Shown: one piece after another, positions 27,886 through 37,617 of the stretch | Layout of the letters: each line of letters opens with the position of its first letter | Position numbering within the stretch: position 1 is the stretch's first letter | Origin: Candidatus Obscuribacterales bacterium | GTDB taxonomy: Bacteria; Cyanobacteriota; Vampirovibrionia; Obscuribacterales; Obscuribacteraceae | Direction: 5' to 3' | Length of the DNA stretch: 64,000 nucleotides | Assembly (NCBI GenBank): GCA_965228855.1 | Contig: CBDDIJ010000003.1 | Span: forward strand, 2,464,001-2,528,000 | Notes under the pieces: generated by a model | Databases searched by the model: none | Told to the model about the DNA's origin: nothing | The model's input: only the letters and a program-made list of their open reading frames with translations | Position numbers and translations under genes: made by a program

Positions 27886-29706
27886 GTGAAAAACGAACGA
27901 TTTTCAAAACTCGCTCTTTTGATTCCGGCAGTTCTCTTGTTCGCGAGCGGTCAGTACCAGCAGGCCGACGGCAAGCTGGAAAAGGCATTGCTTGCGCAAG
28001 GCGAAGACAGCGATCAGAGTTCGGGAACTATTACGCCGGAAAAAATTCGAGCGGTCGTAGAGATTTATTTACGCCAGAAGTGGCAACCGGCAGGTGGTGC
28101 AGAAGGTGCTACGGCGACCATTCGATTCGTGATCGATAAATCGGGTCAGGTCTTTGGCGATCCATCCGTAAAAACCAGCGGTGGTGGCGCGGAATTTGAT
28201 AATGCCGCAGTCAACGCAATTAAGAGCGTTGGGCCGCTACCGGCGTTGCCGCCGTACCTGGGAGACAGTATCGCCTTCATCGCCAAGTTTCATGCAGGGA
28301 AAGGGGCATGGATGGAACTGAACGTCGATGAGAACGGTTCTCCATCCGGAGCAGGCATGTCTTCGACTTCCGCAAACAGAACCGCGCCGGCCAGTGCATC
28401 GGCGACGGCGGTTTCACTTGATGCAAGTTCTGCAAGCCTGGATGGTTCAACCGGCAGCACTGCAGCTGGTGGCACCGGACAGTCCGGCTGGACGCAGCCA
28501 TCCGGTTCCGCAACAGGTCAATCGGGATGGACACAACCATCCGGTTCCGCAAGCGGACAATCGGGATGGACACAACCATCCGGTTCCGCAACAAGTCAAT
28601 CGGGATGGACACAACCGTCCGGTTCCGCAAGCGGACAATCCGTATGGACTCAACCATCATCCGAACCTGCCAATAACATGCCTGCAGGGAATCAACGCGT
28701 CAGTTCAAAGAAGGAAAGTTCGACGCCAAGCCAACCTTCGCAAGTGTCGACTATTTCTGGCATGCAGAATCCTTCTGAGGAAATGAGCCAACAGGTAATA
28801 TTGCTGAACAATAAAGCCGTGGTCGCAATCGCTGACAACAACTACGAGTTGGCTATCAAGCACTTAGAAGACGCCCTGAAAATAGACAGCAGATATCAGC
28901 AAGCACGAGCGAACCTGGCTATTGCATACAACAACTATGGGTTGCAATTGAAGGACCGACCTGATGAAGCAATCAAAGTTTTCCATAAAGCGCTCGCCCT
29001 GGATCCCGCCAACGAAAAAACCAAAACGAATCTGGACACCATCATTCAGTACATGGGAAAAAATCCGAGAGTGTTCAAAGACCGCCTCGATCTGGGCAAC
29101 AAAGCAATCGCTCAGGGCGATAAGCTTGGTGCTCGTATCGAATGGGAAGCTGCACTATCAATCAAACCAGATCCGATAGTGCAGCAAAAGCTCTCGGCAT
29201 TGATGAGCGGCACATCACCCAACGGCACACCCGACGATCCCCGAAGACACCACGGAATACAACAGGGGCATAGTACTACTGCTGGTGCCCCGCAAAACAA
29301 TGTAAGTGCAACCGGCATGCAAACAAAACAACCGAACAAAGCCGCGCCCGGTAAAGCTGGCGCTCCGGCACGTCCAGCGGCCGTCCCCGGATCGATGCTG
29401 AGCGGCGGAAGACCGGCAGCTGGCGCTATCAAAGTCGTCCCAGGTTTCGGAAGCGGTCCGACAGCCAAAGTACCGCAGTCGGGGCTGGGTGATGATACCA
29501 TAGGCGGTGCCCCTGTAGGACCGGTTTCAAACCAGCTCGATTCAATGTACCGAAATCTGAAAAACCTGGAAGTAAAAACGTTCGGCAAACCATTCGATTC
29601 CGAAGATATACTTTCGAGACTCTCACGCCTGGAAAAGAAACTACTGGGCAAAACCCAAGCAGGAAAGCCAATGAGAAGGCTTGATGCGCTTCTGCTACTG
29701 CAGTGA
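27886..29706 (+). CDS. Exported TonB-C-terminal-domain protein with tandem repeats, TPRs and a C-terminal helical motif
   Basis: W.P......I.F.I.K.G.V.......SGG..FD.AA..AI....PLP.LP; TPRs (AYNNYG...A...F.KALALDP.N); terminal LKNLEVKTFG...RLSRLEKKLLG. Confidence 0.82.
   Translation: MKNERFSKLALLIPAVLLFASGQYQQADGKLEKALLAQGEDSDQSSGTITPEKIRAVVEIYLRQKWQPAGGAEGATATIRFVIDKSGQVFGDPSVKTSGGGAEFDNAAVNAIKSVGPLPALPPYLGDSIAFIAKFHAGKGAWMELNVDENGSPSGAGMSSTSANRTAPASASATAVSLDASSASLDGSTGSTAAGGTGQSGWTQPSGSATGQSGWTQPSGSASGQSGWTQPSGSATSQSGWTQPSGSASGQSVWTQPSSEPANNMPAGNQRVSSKKESSTPSQPSQVSTISGMQNPSEEMSQQVILLNNKAVVAIADNNYELAIKHLEDALKIDSRYQQARANLAIAYNNYGLQLKDRPDEAIKVFHKALALDPANEKTKTNLDTIIQYMGKNPRVFKDRLDLGNKAIAQGDKLGARIEWEAALSIKPDPIVQQKLSALMSGTSPNGTPDDPRRHHGIQQGHSTTAGAPQNNVSATGMQTKQPNKAAPGKAGAPARPAAVPGSMLSGGRPAAGAIKVVPGFGSGPTAKVPQSGLGDDTIGGAPVGPVSNQLDSMYRNLKNLEVKTFGKPFDSEDILSRLSRLEKKLLGKTQAGKPMRRLDALLLLQ
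28477..28662 (+). repeat. 39-bp tandem repeat, 4 full units plus 1 partial, encoding GQSGWTQPSGSA(T/S)
   Basis: Near-identical in-frame units starting at 28477, 28516, 28555, 28594 and 28633. Confidence 0.95.
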
Positions 29707-29712
29707 TCTTGT

Positions 29713-29899
29713 TTCCAAAACTCGCCACGCCCACATGACGAACATCACGCTTGGGGGTCACGTTATAGGCCCCGTCAATCCCAGAGCGACGGATCTAGCG
29801 AATTCCGTCGCTGTCTCATTGACGGACCTCCGTGTCGGCATCTCTTTACAACCGCAGGTAGTGGCATTGATTAGCAACGCTTAATCTGCGTCGCGGGAA
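29713..29899. ncRNA. Candidate structured RNA (~140-190 nt rod-like fold, 6S-like size); strand uncertain
   Basis: Nested inverted repeats AGCGACGGA/TCCGTCGCT, CCGTCAAT/ATTGACGG and GCCAC/GTGGC, plus a side hairpin; no credible ORF. Confidence 0.4.
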
Positions 29900-30136
29900 C
29901 ATGACTTTTTACGCATCGTCATTTTCTTCAGACCGACGATGAATGAATTTCCACAGCATTCATTCCGATAAGCACTTCTCGCCCAACTCCCCAAAAGCAC
30001 GGACTAGGTAAAGGTAGTCCGTGCTTTTGATTTGCTGAGCGAAATTGTTGCCTTCAATACCAATTGGAAATATCGCCTCATAATTTTCGCTGCAACTTGG
30101 TACTAAAGAAATGTGAGTCTTCCGAGGTTGCTCGTC

Positions 30137-30775
30137 ATGGACAAGAAGAACGCGATTACCGCTCTGGTCGTTTTGAGCCTTTGCGCCGGCTATGCCGATT
30201 CGGCTAATGCGCAAGGTCTCTTGGGTTTGTTCAGGGCAGCCGCAAGTCTCGGCAAAACAGCCGGAGCTGCCGGCAAGGTCGCAGGAGCGGCAGGCAAGGG
30301 AGCCATGGCGGCAGGCACTGCAGCGAAGGCTGGCTCGGCAGCAGGTGGCGTCGGGAAAGCAGCAGCGGTCGGCGTAGGCGCCGCAGCTGCGCATGACGCG
30401 GCTATCGGCGGACGGGCGGCAGCAGCGGCGGCTGGGGTTTCAGCTGCTGAAGCTGCGGACGGAGCCTCTTTGGCAGGAAGAGCCGCGGCACACGCGGCGG
30501 GAGACGCAAGCGTCACCACTGGAGTGAATGCCACTGGCAAGGGCGCGAAAGGGGTTTCCAATCAGGCTAAAGGCGTATCAAACGCGGAGGGAATTCGCAG
30601 AGGCGGTAAAGCCAAAGGCTTAACAGCTCAACCGAAGACCAAGACAGCGCCGAGCAAAGCCAAGATTGCAAAAGAAACGGCGGATTTGGCGAGCAATGCG
30701 GCATCGTTCGCAGGCAATGACGACCAGGACAGTGCCGCAGCGAAACCGGCGCCTCGCCAAACTCGAAGCAAATGA
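30137..30775 (+). CDS. Exported Ala/Gly/Lys-rich low-complexity protein
   Basis: GAGG RBS, signal peptide ending ANA, AAGK-type repeats. Confidence 0.7.
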   Translation: MDKKNAITALVVLSLCAGYADSANAQGLLGLFRAAASLGKTAGAAGKVAGAAGKGAMAAGTAAKAGSAAGGVGKAAAVGVGAAAAHDAAIGGRAAAAAAGVSAAEAADGASLAGRAAAHAAGDASVTTGVNATGKGAKGVSNQAKGVSNAEGIRRGGKAKGLTAQPKTKTAPSKAKIAKETADLASNAASFAGNDDQDSAAAKPAPRQTRSK

Positions 30776-30785
30776 TAGCCTCAGT

Positions 30786-31622
30786 CTAGTTTCCCCAGTA
30801 CTTTTGACCGTCTGACATGCTCGAGCTGCCACTGCGGAAGCGATCGGCAGCAGCATAGTCGCCATAGCGTTCGGCGTTCTGCGCCTGACGCTCCCAACTC
30901 GGCACCGCCGAAGAACTTGACTCACCGCCGCTGCTGCTACTTTCCGAAGGAGTGTAAAACGAATTGCCTGATGAGAAATCAACCCATTGAACCGGTCGCT
31001 TGGCCCATTCTTTTTCGGCTGCACGTAACTTCTTCAAATCCTCATCAAACCAGGCGCGTTGCTGGTCGTAAGCCGGCTTTATGTGCGCCATCAATACGCG
31101 GGCTTTGTTTTTAACTTCAGGAGAACCGGAAGGCATATTCGAACATCGGCGCAACAAGCCAGTCGCTTTGATGTAGTTGCGCTGGTTCGCAACCATAACA
31201 GCGTCGAGATAAATCCAGGTCGGGTTTTCTGGCTCAAGCACCTGCATCGTCTTGTACATCCGTTGCATTTCTCCAGTCAAGGAACGAACGGCCATTTTTC
31301 CGGATGGAGCAGCAATCTCCTTGTCGAGCAATTGCTTCTGCAGCGCAAGAGCGCGACGAGCCACGTTGCTCAACGGCTCCCCGCCAAGCGTCAAGCTGCG
31401 TCGGAAAGCTTCATCAGGAGAGGCTTGCAGTGCGTATCCTACTGCATTGAAATAAGCATTGCGCGCGCCTTCGAGAAGACCATCCGCCTCTGCCTTGCGT
31501 GCGCGGACATACTCCGACTCCGCCTCGTTCAGCGAAGAACGATTCGTGACAGGAGACGCCGCAAAACAGCTGCCGATAAGGAGCAGCGACGAAATGGCGC
31601 TAGTGAACAACGCGGTTTTCAT
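30786..31622 (-). CDS. Hypothetical exported helical (TPR-like) protein
   Basis: Signal peptide; LEPENPTWIYLDA..A....Y..A..L TPR-like segment. Confidence 0.7.
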   Translation of the reverse strand: MKTALFTSAISSLLLIGSCFAASPVTNRSSLNEAESEYVRARKAEADGLLEGARNAYFNAVGYALQASPDEAFRRSLTLGGEPLSNVARRALALQKQLLDKEIAAPSGKMAVRSLTGEMQRMYKTMQVLEPENPTWIYLDAVMVANQRNYIKATGLLRRCSNMPSGSPEVKNKARVLMAHIKPAYDQQRAWFDEDLKKLRAAEKEWAKRPVQWVDFSSGNSFYTPSESSSSGGESSSSAVPSWERQAQNAERYGDYAAADRFRSGSSSMSDGQKYWGN

Positions 31623-31694
31623 TTAGACTCCGCTCGTGATGGATTCATGATACATTGTCAGAGGCACTCACGAAAGTACCTGATAGGGTGAAAA

Positions 31695-32636
31695 ATGAGG
31701 ACGCTGGTCGCGCTCGCAGTGACACTTTTCATTTCGACTACGGCCGCTTGGGCTGCGGTCGAAGGTCAGATTGCCGGAAGTTGGAAGGCGGCCGACGGCA
31801 CCATTTTGCAAATTAAAACCGACGGCAGCTACAGCAAACTTTCGGGCAGCCGGGTAGTAGAGACTGGCACCATAACCGCTTTGGACGGTAAATGGAATTT
31901 ACGTTCGAGTTCCGGCAAACCAGACAGCGGAACCTTTTCGATTATTGGCGGCACATTGACCTTGCGCAGCAGTGTTGTAGGGACAACATCTTGGTCTCGG
32001 GCCACGTCGCTTCCATCGAACTCTCAGACTTCGTTGCCGTTAAGCACCATATCCTCGGTTAAACCAACTGCGATTGCATCAGCGCCACCGCTACAGTCGG
32101 GAGTTTCAGTCAATTCACAACAGTCGACCTATCAAGGCTCGGCATCCGGTGCTAATCAAGCTTCATATCCAGCACCAGTGGCGGTGCCAAATCAATTACC
32201 GACGGGTCGCGGAATTAAAGGCGGATTGAAGAACTTCGCATCAGCTATCCAACAGGCTGCGGTAGATGGTTATACCGGCAATTCGGTCTCAGGCAACACA
32301 AGAAATCTATATGGTGGGAGTTCCAGCAGACAGAATTTAAATGGTACCGCTTTTGGTGCGCGCCGGTTGAACTTCAATCAACCTCATCACCAGAGTCAAG
32401 GAGCACCAGATCCGTTTCTTATGAAGGGAGGTTCGTTCAGGGATCCCGGAGACGGACACGGCACCTACAGCGCCATGAAAAAGAACTGGGAGCAACAACA
32501 GCTGAGCAGTTTACCCGCAGTGAAACCTATTCCGCGCGTGAGCGACGAGACACTGCTATACGGCGTTTCCGCTTTTGAAAAACGAGCACTCGGACCCGCC
32601 GTGCCTTTCAGGATAAAGTTCCTCGGTCTCGAATAA
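31695..32636 (+). CDS. Hypothetical exported protein: small beta-barrel (lipocalin-like) N-domain plus Ser/Gln-rich tail
   Basis: Signal peptide AWA; IAGSW......L.IK.DGSY...GT...GTF.I.G.TLTL. Confidence 0.7.
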   Translation: MRTLVALAVTLFISTTAAWAAVEGQIAGSWKAADGTILQIKTDGSYSKLSGSRVVETGTITALDGKWNLRSSSGKPDSGTFSIIGGTLTLRSSVVGTTSWSRATSLPSNSQTSLPLSTISSVKPTAIASAPPLQSGVSVNSQQSTYQGSASGANQASYPAPVAVPNQLPTGRGIKGGLKNFASAIQQAAVDGYTGNSVSGNTRNLYGGSSSRQNLNGTAFGARRLNFNQPHHQSQGAPDPFLMKGGSFRDPGDGHGTYSAMKKNWEQQQLSSLPAVKPIPRVSDETLLYGVSAFEKRALGPAVPFRIKFLGLE

Positions 32637-32677
32637 CTAACCGACGAGTGAGTTCAAAATCGAAAAAAAATGACAGC

Positions 32678-32944
32678 TTAAGCCGGGCCTACCGCTGGAG
32701 GCGCTTCTGCTGGAGGCGCTTCCTCGCCGGCCGGTCCTTTCTTCGGAGGCGGCGGTGGTGGTGGCGGCGGGGGTGGCTGCTGCTGGCGCTGACGAATCAA
32801 ATTGAAGATGAGCGCATTTACAACTTGCTGCTCTTCAGTCGAAAGGTTGTCGCCGCCTTTGTCACCACCAGCCCAAACTGCTTTCGGGCACACTATTGCC
32901 ACCACCAGCAATATCAGAAATAAGCGAATCAATTTAACCGACAT
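32678..32944 (-). CDS. Small exported polyproline protein
   Basis: MSVKLIRLFLILLVVAIV signal, then a QQQ-polyP tract. Confidence 0.6.
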   Translation of the reverse strand: MSVKLIRLFLILLVVAIVCPKAVWAGGDKGGDNLSTEEQQVVNALIFNLIRQRQQQPPPPPPPPPPPKKGPAGEEAPPAEAPPAVGPA

Positions 32945-33255
32945 GTAGTAATTTTGCTCCGAACTGATCAGCGGACAACACTCTCCGCTTGAGTCTATAG
33001 CTACCCTGAGATTATTCAAATCGCTTTTCACGAAATTTATAACTTGGTGTATCCGATCAGCCACCAATAAAAACTCTAGCTGAACACCGAAACGCCTTGC
33101 ATAAAAGCGAATAATCGAATTGCGAACATGGTACCGAAAACTATTTTAGATGAACTCCTGCGCGATTCCTTCATTACTCTTTCTTAATCACATGAGAACC
33201 AGTCCAAAACAGCTGATAATTGGATTCTCACAACAGTACATGACATGCGGCCGAG

Positions 33256-35004
33256 ATGAGCAATAACGACGGATACGTTCGACTACAACAACTCATCGGC
33301 GCGAACAGCGCTGGATGTTGCAGCGCCGATACAAGCGCTGAAAGGAAAGGATGCGCCGGAGGCGGATGCGCATGTGGACAAATTTCCGCACCTCAGTATT
33401 TGCAAATCGAGCGTTCGCGACCAGCTACTGAAGTCGCTCCCGCCCCGCCAGCCGAGCCACAGGCCCCTGAGCCTCTTCGTGGAAAACTTATCGCGCTGGC
33501 AGTCTCGGCAGTTGCCGGCGCATCCCTCGCACTTTCGTCTCCCGGATTCGATCAATCGTATATAGCTTGGTTTGGACTGGTGCCGTTCTTGTTTGCGACA
33601 TTCACCGCGCGAACACTTCTACAATCCTTCAACCGTGCCTTCGTATTTGGTGCCGCATATACACTGATGTACGGACATTGGCTACTGACCCTTCACCCTG
33701 CTTGGGCGTGGGTATCACCGGCCTACATAGGTGTCACTGCTACCTTCTGGTGGATAATTTGCGCCATTCACCAGGGCATTGTATTCGGTATCATCGCGAC
33801 GATTGCGAGAAAACTTCCATTGTGCTCAGGCTGGTTCCCTGAGTTTAATCAGGGCGTAAAACTGCCCATAATGCTCGTTTTCCCGCTTCTCTGGGTTTTG
33901 ATGCTCAACAAGTTAGCAAACTGCCCTGCTACGCTCGGCTTCCCTTGGACAATGCTCGAGTACTCGCAGTACAAGTCGGTGGAATTGCTTCAGGTAGCTA
34001 AATTCATTGGTGGTATCGGGATTGGTGCGCTAATTGTTCTCGTCAACACAGCGATCTTCTCTTTACTCGTCAACCTTTTTCCGCGCCTATCTTGCTCGCT
34101 TCCGCCGATGAAGTCAAAATTCAGTGCCATCGTAAGCTCTATATGGGTAGCGTTGATCGTTGTCGGTTTTCTCAACTTCGGACAATCAGCGCTCGTGAAT
34201 GCTGCTTCAACACAGTCCAGAACAATACCGGTTTCGCTGCTGCAAGGAAACTTGAGCGGAAAGGCAGATGATTCAAAAGCTTCGGAAATTATCTCGCGAT
34301 ATCTCAATTTGTCCACACAGGCGCCGCCTGGTTTATGCGTCTGGACTGAATGGGTTTTACCGCTGAATCTAGCTCATTCAAATGACAGAACACTTCAGGG
34401 CTTGGCAACGCTGGCAAAGTTGCAAGGTCAATCATGGCTGCTTGGCGCACTCGAAAAGAACAAAAACGGCAGAACGTTTAACGCAGCTTGCGCCCTTACG
34501 CGAGATGGAGTCATGATCGAGCCTATTTATCGAAAACGTTTTCTTGTACCGTTCCTCGAACATCTACCCGACTGGGTAAGCAAGACTCCGCTCAGAACTA
34601 TCGCCTCAACTCTCGCTCCAGGTGAGGTAGATCTTCAGCCCGGCACGACTCCGAATGTAATGGAGCTGCCTGATGCGAAAGTCGGCGCATTAATCTGCCT
34701 TGAAGTCGTACAGCCAGAACTGGTAAATGAAAGCGTAAGAGACGGCGCCGAACTTCTAGCAGATTTGAGCAATACGTCCTGGTACAACTCAGCGTTTCCC
34801 GGGAGGCAGATGATAGCTTTCTCGGTACTACGGGCGGTGGAAACATCCAGAACGGTTCTGTTTTCAACAACTGTCGGTCCGTCTGCCATCATCGATCCGA
34901 ACGGCAGAATAATAGCGGAGACGGAGCCAAGGACCTCAGCTATCTTGAGGGAGGAAGTTCCGATTAATTCTGAAATCACACCATTCGTGCGGTGGTTCCG
35001 CTAG
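33256..35004 (+). CDS. lnt: Apolipoprotein N-acyltransferase
   Basis: Multi-TM N-half with GFPW, nitrilase domain QGN, WTE, YRKRFLVPFLE, LICLE, RAVE, GPSAIIDP.G. Confidence 0.92.
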   Translation: MSNNDGYVRLQQLIGANSAGCCSADTSAERKGCAGGGCACGQISAPQYLQIERSRPATEVAPAPPAEPQAPEPLRGKLIALAVSAVAGASLALSSPGFDQSYIAWFGLVPFLFATFTARTLLQSFNRAFVFGAAYTLMYGHWLLTLHPAWAWVSPAYIGVTATFWWIICAIHQGIVFGIIATIARKLPLCSGWFPEFNQGVKLPIMLVFPLLWVLMLNKLANCPATLGFPWTMLEYSQYKSVELLQVAKFIGGIGIGALIVLVNTAIFSLLVNLFPRLSCSLPPMKSKFSAIVSSIWVALIVVGFLNFGQSALVNAASTQSRTIPVSLLQGNLSGKADDSKASEIISRYLNLSTQAPPGLCVWTEWVLPLNLAHSNDRTLQGLATLAKLQGQSWLLGALEKNKNGRTFNAACALTRDGVMIEPIYRKRFLVPFLEHLPDWVSKTPLRTIASTLAPGEVDLQPGTTPNVMELPDAKVGALICLEVVQPELVNESVRDGAELLADLSNTSWYNSAFPGRQMIAFSVLRAVETSRTVLFSTTVGPSAIIDPNGRIIAETEPRTSAILREEVPINSEITPFVRWFR

Positions 35005-35005
35005 A

Positions 35006-36112
35006 ATGTCCCTCCTCGATCGCATCACCATTTCTGAAACCTGGCAGATGCTGGTAATAGGCATTGCGATGGTCGCAGGAGTATTCTTCGCAACTCAAGA
35101 ATTTTCGAAAATTATGAGTTTAATCTGCGATCTAGGTCTCGAACCATCAACAGCACTCTTGATCACAGCACTCCAGTTGCCTGGCACAATCGTCTGGTGC
35201 CTTCCGGCAGGCGTTCTGCTCTCAACAGGCATCGTGTTGTGGCGCAGGATTTACGATTACGAAACGCTGACGTTGCATGTGAACGGAGCGAGTACTGCAA
35301 GAATTATGGTTCCCTTCGTGCTCATGGCATTTGCAGCAAGCGTGCTCTCTCTCTGGCTCTCAGACTCGATTGTACCGGAAACGAAAGTAGTGTCGAACAA
35401 ACTCTTTTTGTCTGGCGCGCTCAACTCAAATTTGCCCAGAAGCGAAAAGTGCCTGACCTTTTTCCAATACGACATGGAAAATTCAGATCAGCCATTGAAA
35501 CAGATTATGCTTGCCGGCAGGAATCTCGATAAGAGCCTGCAAAACGTAATCATTTTCGAACTTGCGCAAAACCAGGCTCAGAAAGTCATCTGGGCGAAGA
35601 CCGGTGAATGGACGCACGGACAATGGCAACTGAGTGACGGTCACATCTATGAGGTTGTGTCGAAGAACAGTGGAGCCATGAATATGACGTTCAAAAAACT
35701 GGGCATAGACGCAATTGGCAAGATCACCGACAAATTTGCCAGCCGGGGTCCGTTCTCGACAGAACTCACAATTCAGCAACTCGGAGAAATGATTGAGAAG
35801 AAAAAGGCTAACGGCGAGAAGGTCTCAAATTCTCTTCTCTTGCGTTATCAGCGGCGTTTTTCACAGCCCGCATCGTGCCTACTTCTTGTCTTTGCCACGC
35901 TGCCACTATGTGTCGCCACGCCGAGACGCCGCAGTTTCTGGGGCTTAGCATACATCGGTATCATGGTTTCAGCTTTCTTTATCGCGCAGCAAGCAACAAC
36001 TGCGCTAGGCGACAATGGTGTACTCCCCCCCATCGCGGCCGCCTGGCTGCCAGGGATGATTCCGGTCGTTATCGGCTGCTTGACCTACGCGCTTGTACGT
36101 GGAAGAAACTGA
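35006..36112 (+). CDS. LptF/LptG-family LPS export permease
   Basis: LLDR.., LP..VL.., E...L...G.S..RI..P, beta-jellyroll W.L.DG, RFS.P, LPP..AAWLP. Confidence 0.88.
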   Translation: MSLLDRITISETWQMLVIGIAMVAGVFFATQEFSKIMSLICDLGLEPSTALLITALQLPGTIVWCLPAGVLLSTGIVLWRRIYDYETLTLHVNGASTARIMVPFVLMAFAASVLSLWLSDSIVPETKVVSNKLFLSGALNSNLPRSEKCLTFFQYDMENSDQPLKQIMLAGRNLDKSLQNVIIFELAQNQAQKVIWAKTGEWTHGQWQLSDGHIYEVVSKNSGAMNMTFKKLGIDAIGKITDKFASRGPFSTELTIQQLGEMIEKKKANGEKVSNSLLLRYQRRFSQPASCLLLVFATLPLCVATPRRRSFWGLAYIGIMVSAFFIAQQATTALGDNGVLPPIAAAWLPGMIPVVIGCLTYALVRGRN

Positions 36113-36161
36113 ACGGCACCACCTGCGACACCACTGCTACTTCAAAACGCGATATAACACA

Positions 36162-37217
36162 TTAGCGTGCAGTATCGAGAAGCGCAGTCATCAAGCCTGT
36201 TCGAGAAACTGAACCGAAGTTTCGGCTCGATACGATATCGAATTTAGCGCCTTCCGGAACGAGCCCCAGATCAAGTTCCGGCAAAAGCTGGTTGCCCTGG
36301 TCGTCACTGCCAATCTGCAGAAAACTGATCTGCATTTCGGCGGGACTGTTTAGCTTCATGGATGTCTCTATCAATAGATCCTTTAACGAGCGTGGACTTG
36401 ATGGGGCACCGTCCGTGATGACCACAACCGAAAGCGGGCGAGTTCTGCCGAAATCTCGCTGTCTTTCGAAATACTCTTGAACAGCTGTTTTAAGAGCTTT
36501 TGTCGCATTGGTGCCACCGGAAGGTTTATACCTGGTAAAAATATCGCTGACTGATTCAATTGATACGTTGTCGAATTCAGTTACGCGATCGTCGAACAAC
36601 ACTAACTTAAGATTGCTACCGGGCATGCGCGACAATTGCGATGCAACATGCATTGTTTGTCGCCTACACCACTCCCAGCGCGTAATTCCCCCAGCACCAT
36701 TCATCGGACCGCCCATGAGGAATCGATTCAACATTGGCGGCATATTCCCGGAGGGACAGTCAGCTTCGCTCATACTGCGAGACTTGTCGATAATTATCAC
36801 AACGTCACGAGAACTGATTCGTTTCAACTGAGCCGTTGTCGGGACGCTAAACATCGCAGTGGAACCGCTCAGAGGTGCGGTCTGAGGAAAGCTGTTGTGG
36901 GGGATCGGCACAGCCTGTCGTATCGCCCGAGGGGCAACATTCGAAGCAAAACTTCCAACCAGAGCCTTACCAATCTGTAGCATCTCCGGTGAAATTTTCA
37001 CCGGTTCACTCTGAACCTGGGGAGCAGTGCGAACAACGTATTGCGAAGACTGGGAATTTGACAGAGTCTGCGTAGGGGGAACATTTGAAGTGCTGGGAAA
37101 CTGATCTTGCACGTTTCCATCAGTCACACGGTCGAGCCTGTAACTCTGCGCCCCTACAGACTGCGTCGATGACAGCATCAAAGCGCAAATAATCAGAGAG
37201 GGCAATCTTCGCAACAC
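36162..37217 (-). CDS. Exported von Willebrand factor A domain protein
   Basis: MIDAS IIDKSRSM, P.GGT, VITDGAP, FLQIG.D, FDIV. Confidence 0.85.
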   Translation of the reverse strand: MLRRLPSLIICALMLSSTQSVGAQSYRLDRVTDGNVQDQFPSTSNVPPTQTLSNSQSSQYVVRTAPQVQSEPVKISPEMLQIGKALVGSFASNVAPRAIRQAVPIPHNSFPQTAPLSGSTAMFSVPTTAQLKRISSRDVVIIIDKSRSMSEADCPSGNMPPMLNRFLMGGPMNGAGGITRWEWCRRQTMHVASQLSRMPGSNLKLVLFDDRVTEFDNVSIESVSDIFTRYKPSGGTNATKALKTAVQEYFERQRDFGRTRPLSVVVITDGAPSSPRSLKDLLIETSMKLNSPAEMQISFLQIGSDDQGNQLLPELDLGLVPEGAKFDIVSSRNFGSVSRTGLMTALLDTAR

Positions 37218-37309
37218 GACTTCGTTCCGCCATCGGTCAACAGAACCAACGACGAGACAACCTTCACGATGTTCCGAGACACTAAATTCTGTTCTAGCGA
37301 GAACTAAGA

Positions 37310-37555
37310 CTAGAACTGTTTAGCGCTCTGTTGCACGTTCTGCGCACCACCCGTGTAATTATAAAGAAGCAGAATTCTTCCGCCGTGCGGTCCGACGGTT
37401 AGAGCCATCATGCTCACCATCTGATACCGATACTTCAGATGCTCCAAGACCGATTTAGCAACATCATCAGCCGGCACGATGTCCTGACACACGGGGAAGG
37501 GATTCTTAAAAAACACTCCGGTCTTCAAATCGACCATGTCTGTAAGCTTAGCCAT
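37310..37555 (-). CDS. Small hypothetical protein (81 aa)
   Basis: AAGGGA upstream of the ATG at 37555; lies directly downstream of the response regulator. Confidence 0.55.
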   Translation of the reverse strand: MAKLTDMVDLKTGVFFKNPFPVCQDIVPADDVAKSVLEHLKYRYQMVSMMALTVGPHGGRILLLYNYTGGAQNVQQSAKQF

Positions 37556-37617
37556 AACTTGACTTCCCTTAAATTGCAAAGATTCCAGGCGTAAATATTA
37601 TCAAAAAAGCGGACGAG

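Noticed and set aside
28477..28662. 39-bp repeats as a CRISPR array
   Set aside because: Units are directly adjacent with no unique spacers, are in frame within a CDS, and there are no cas genes.
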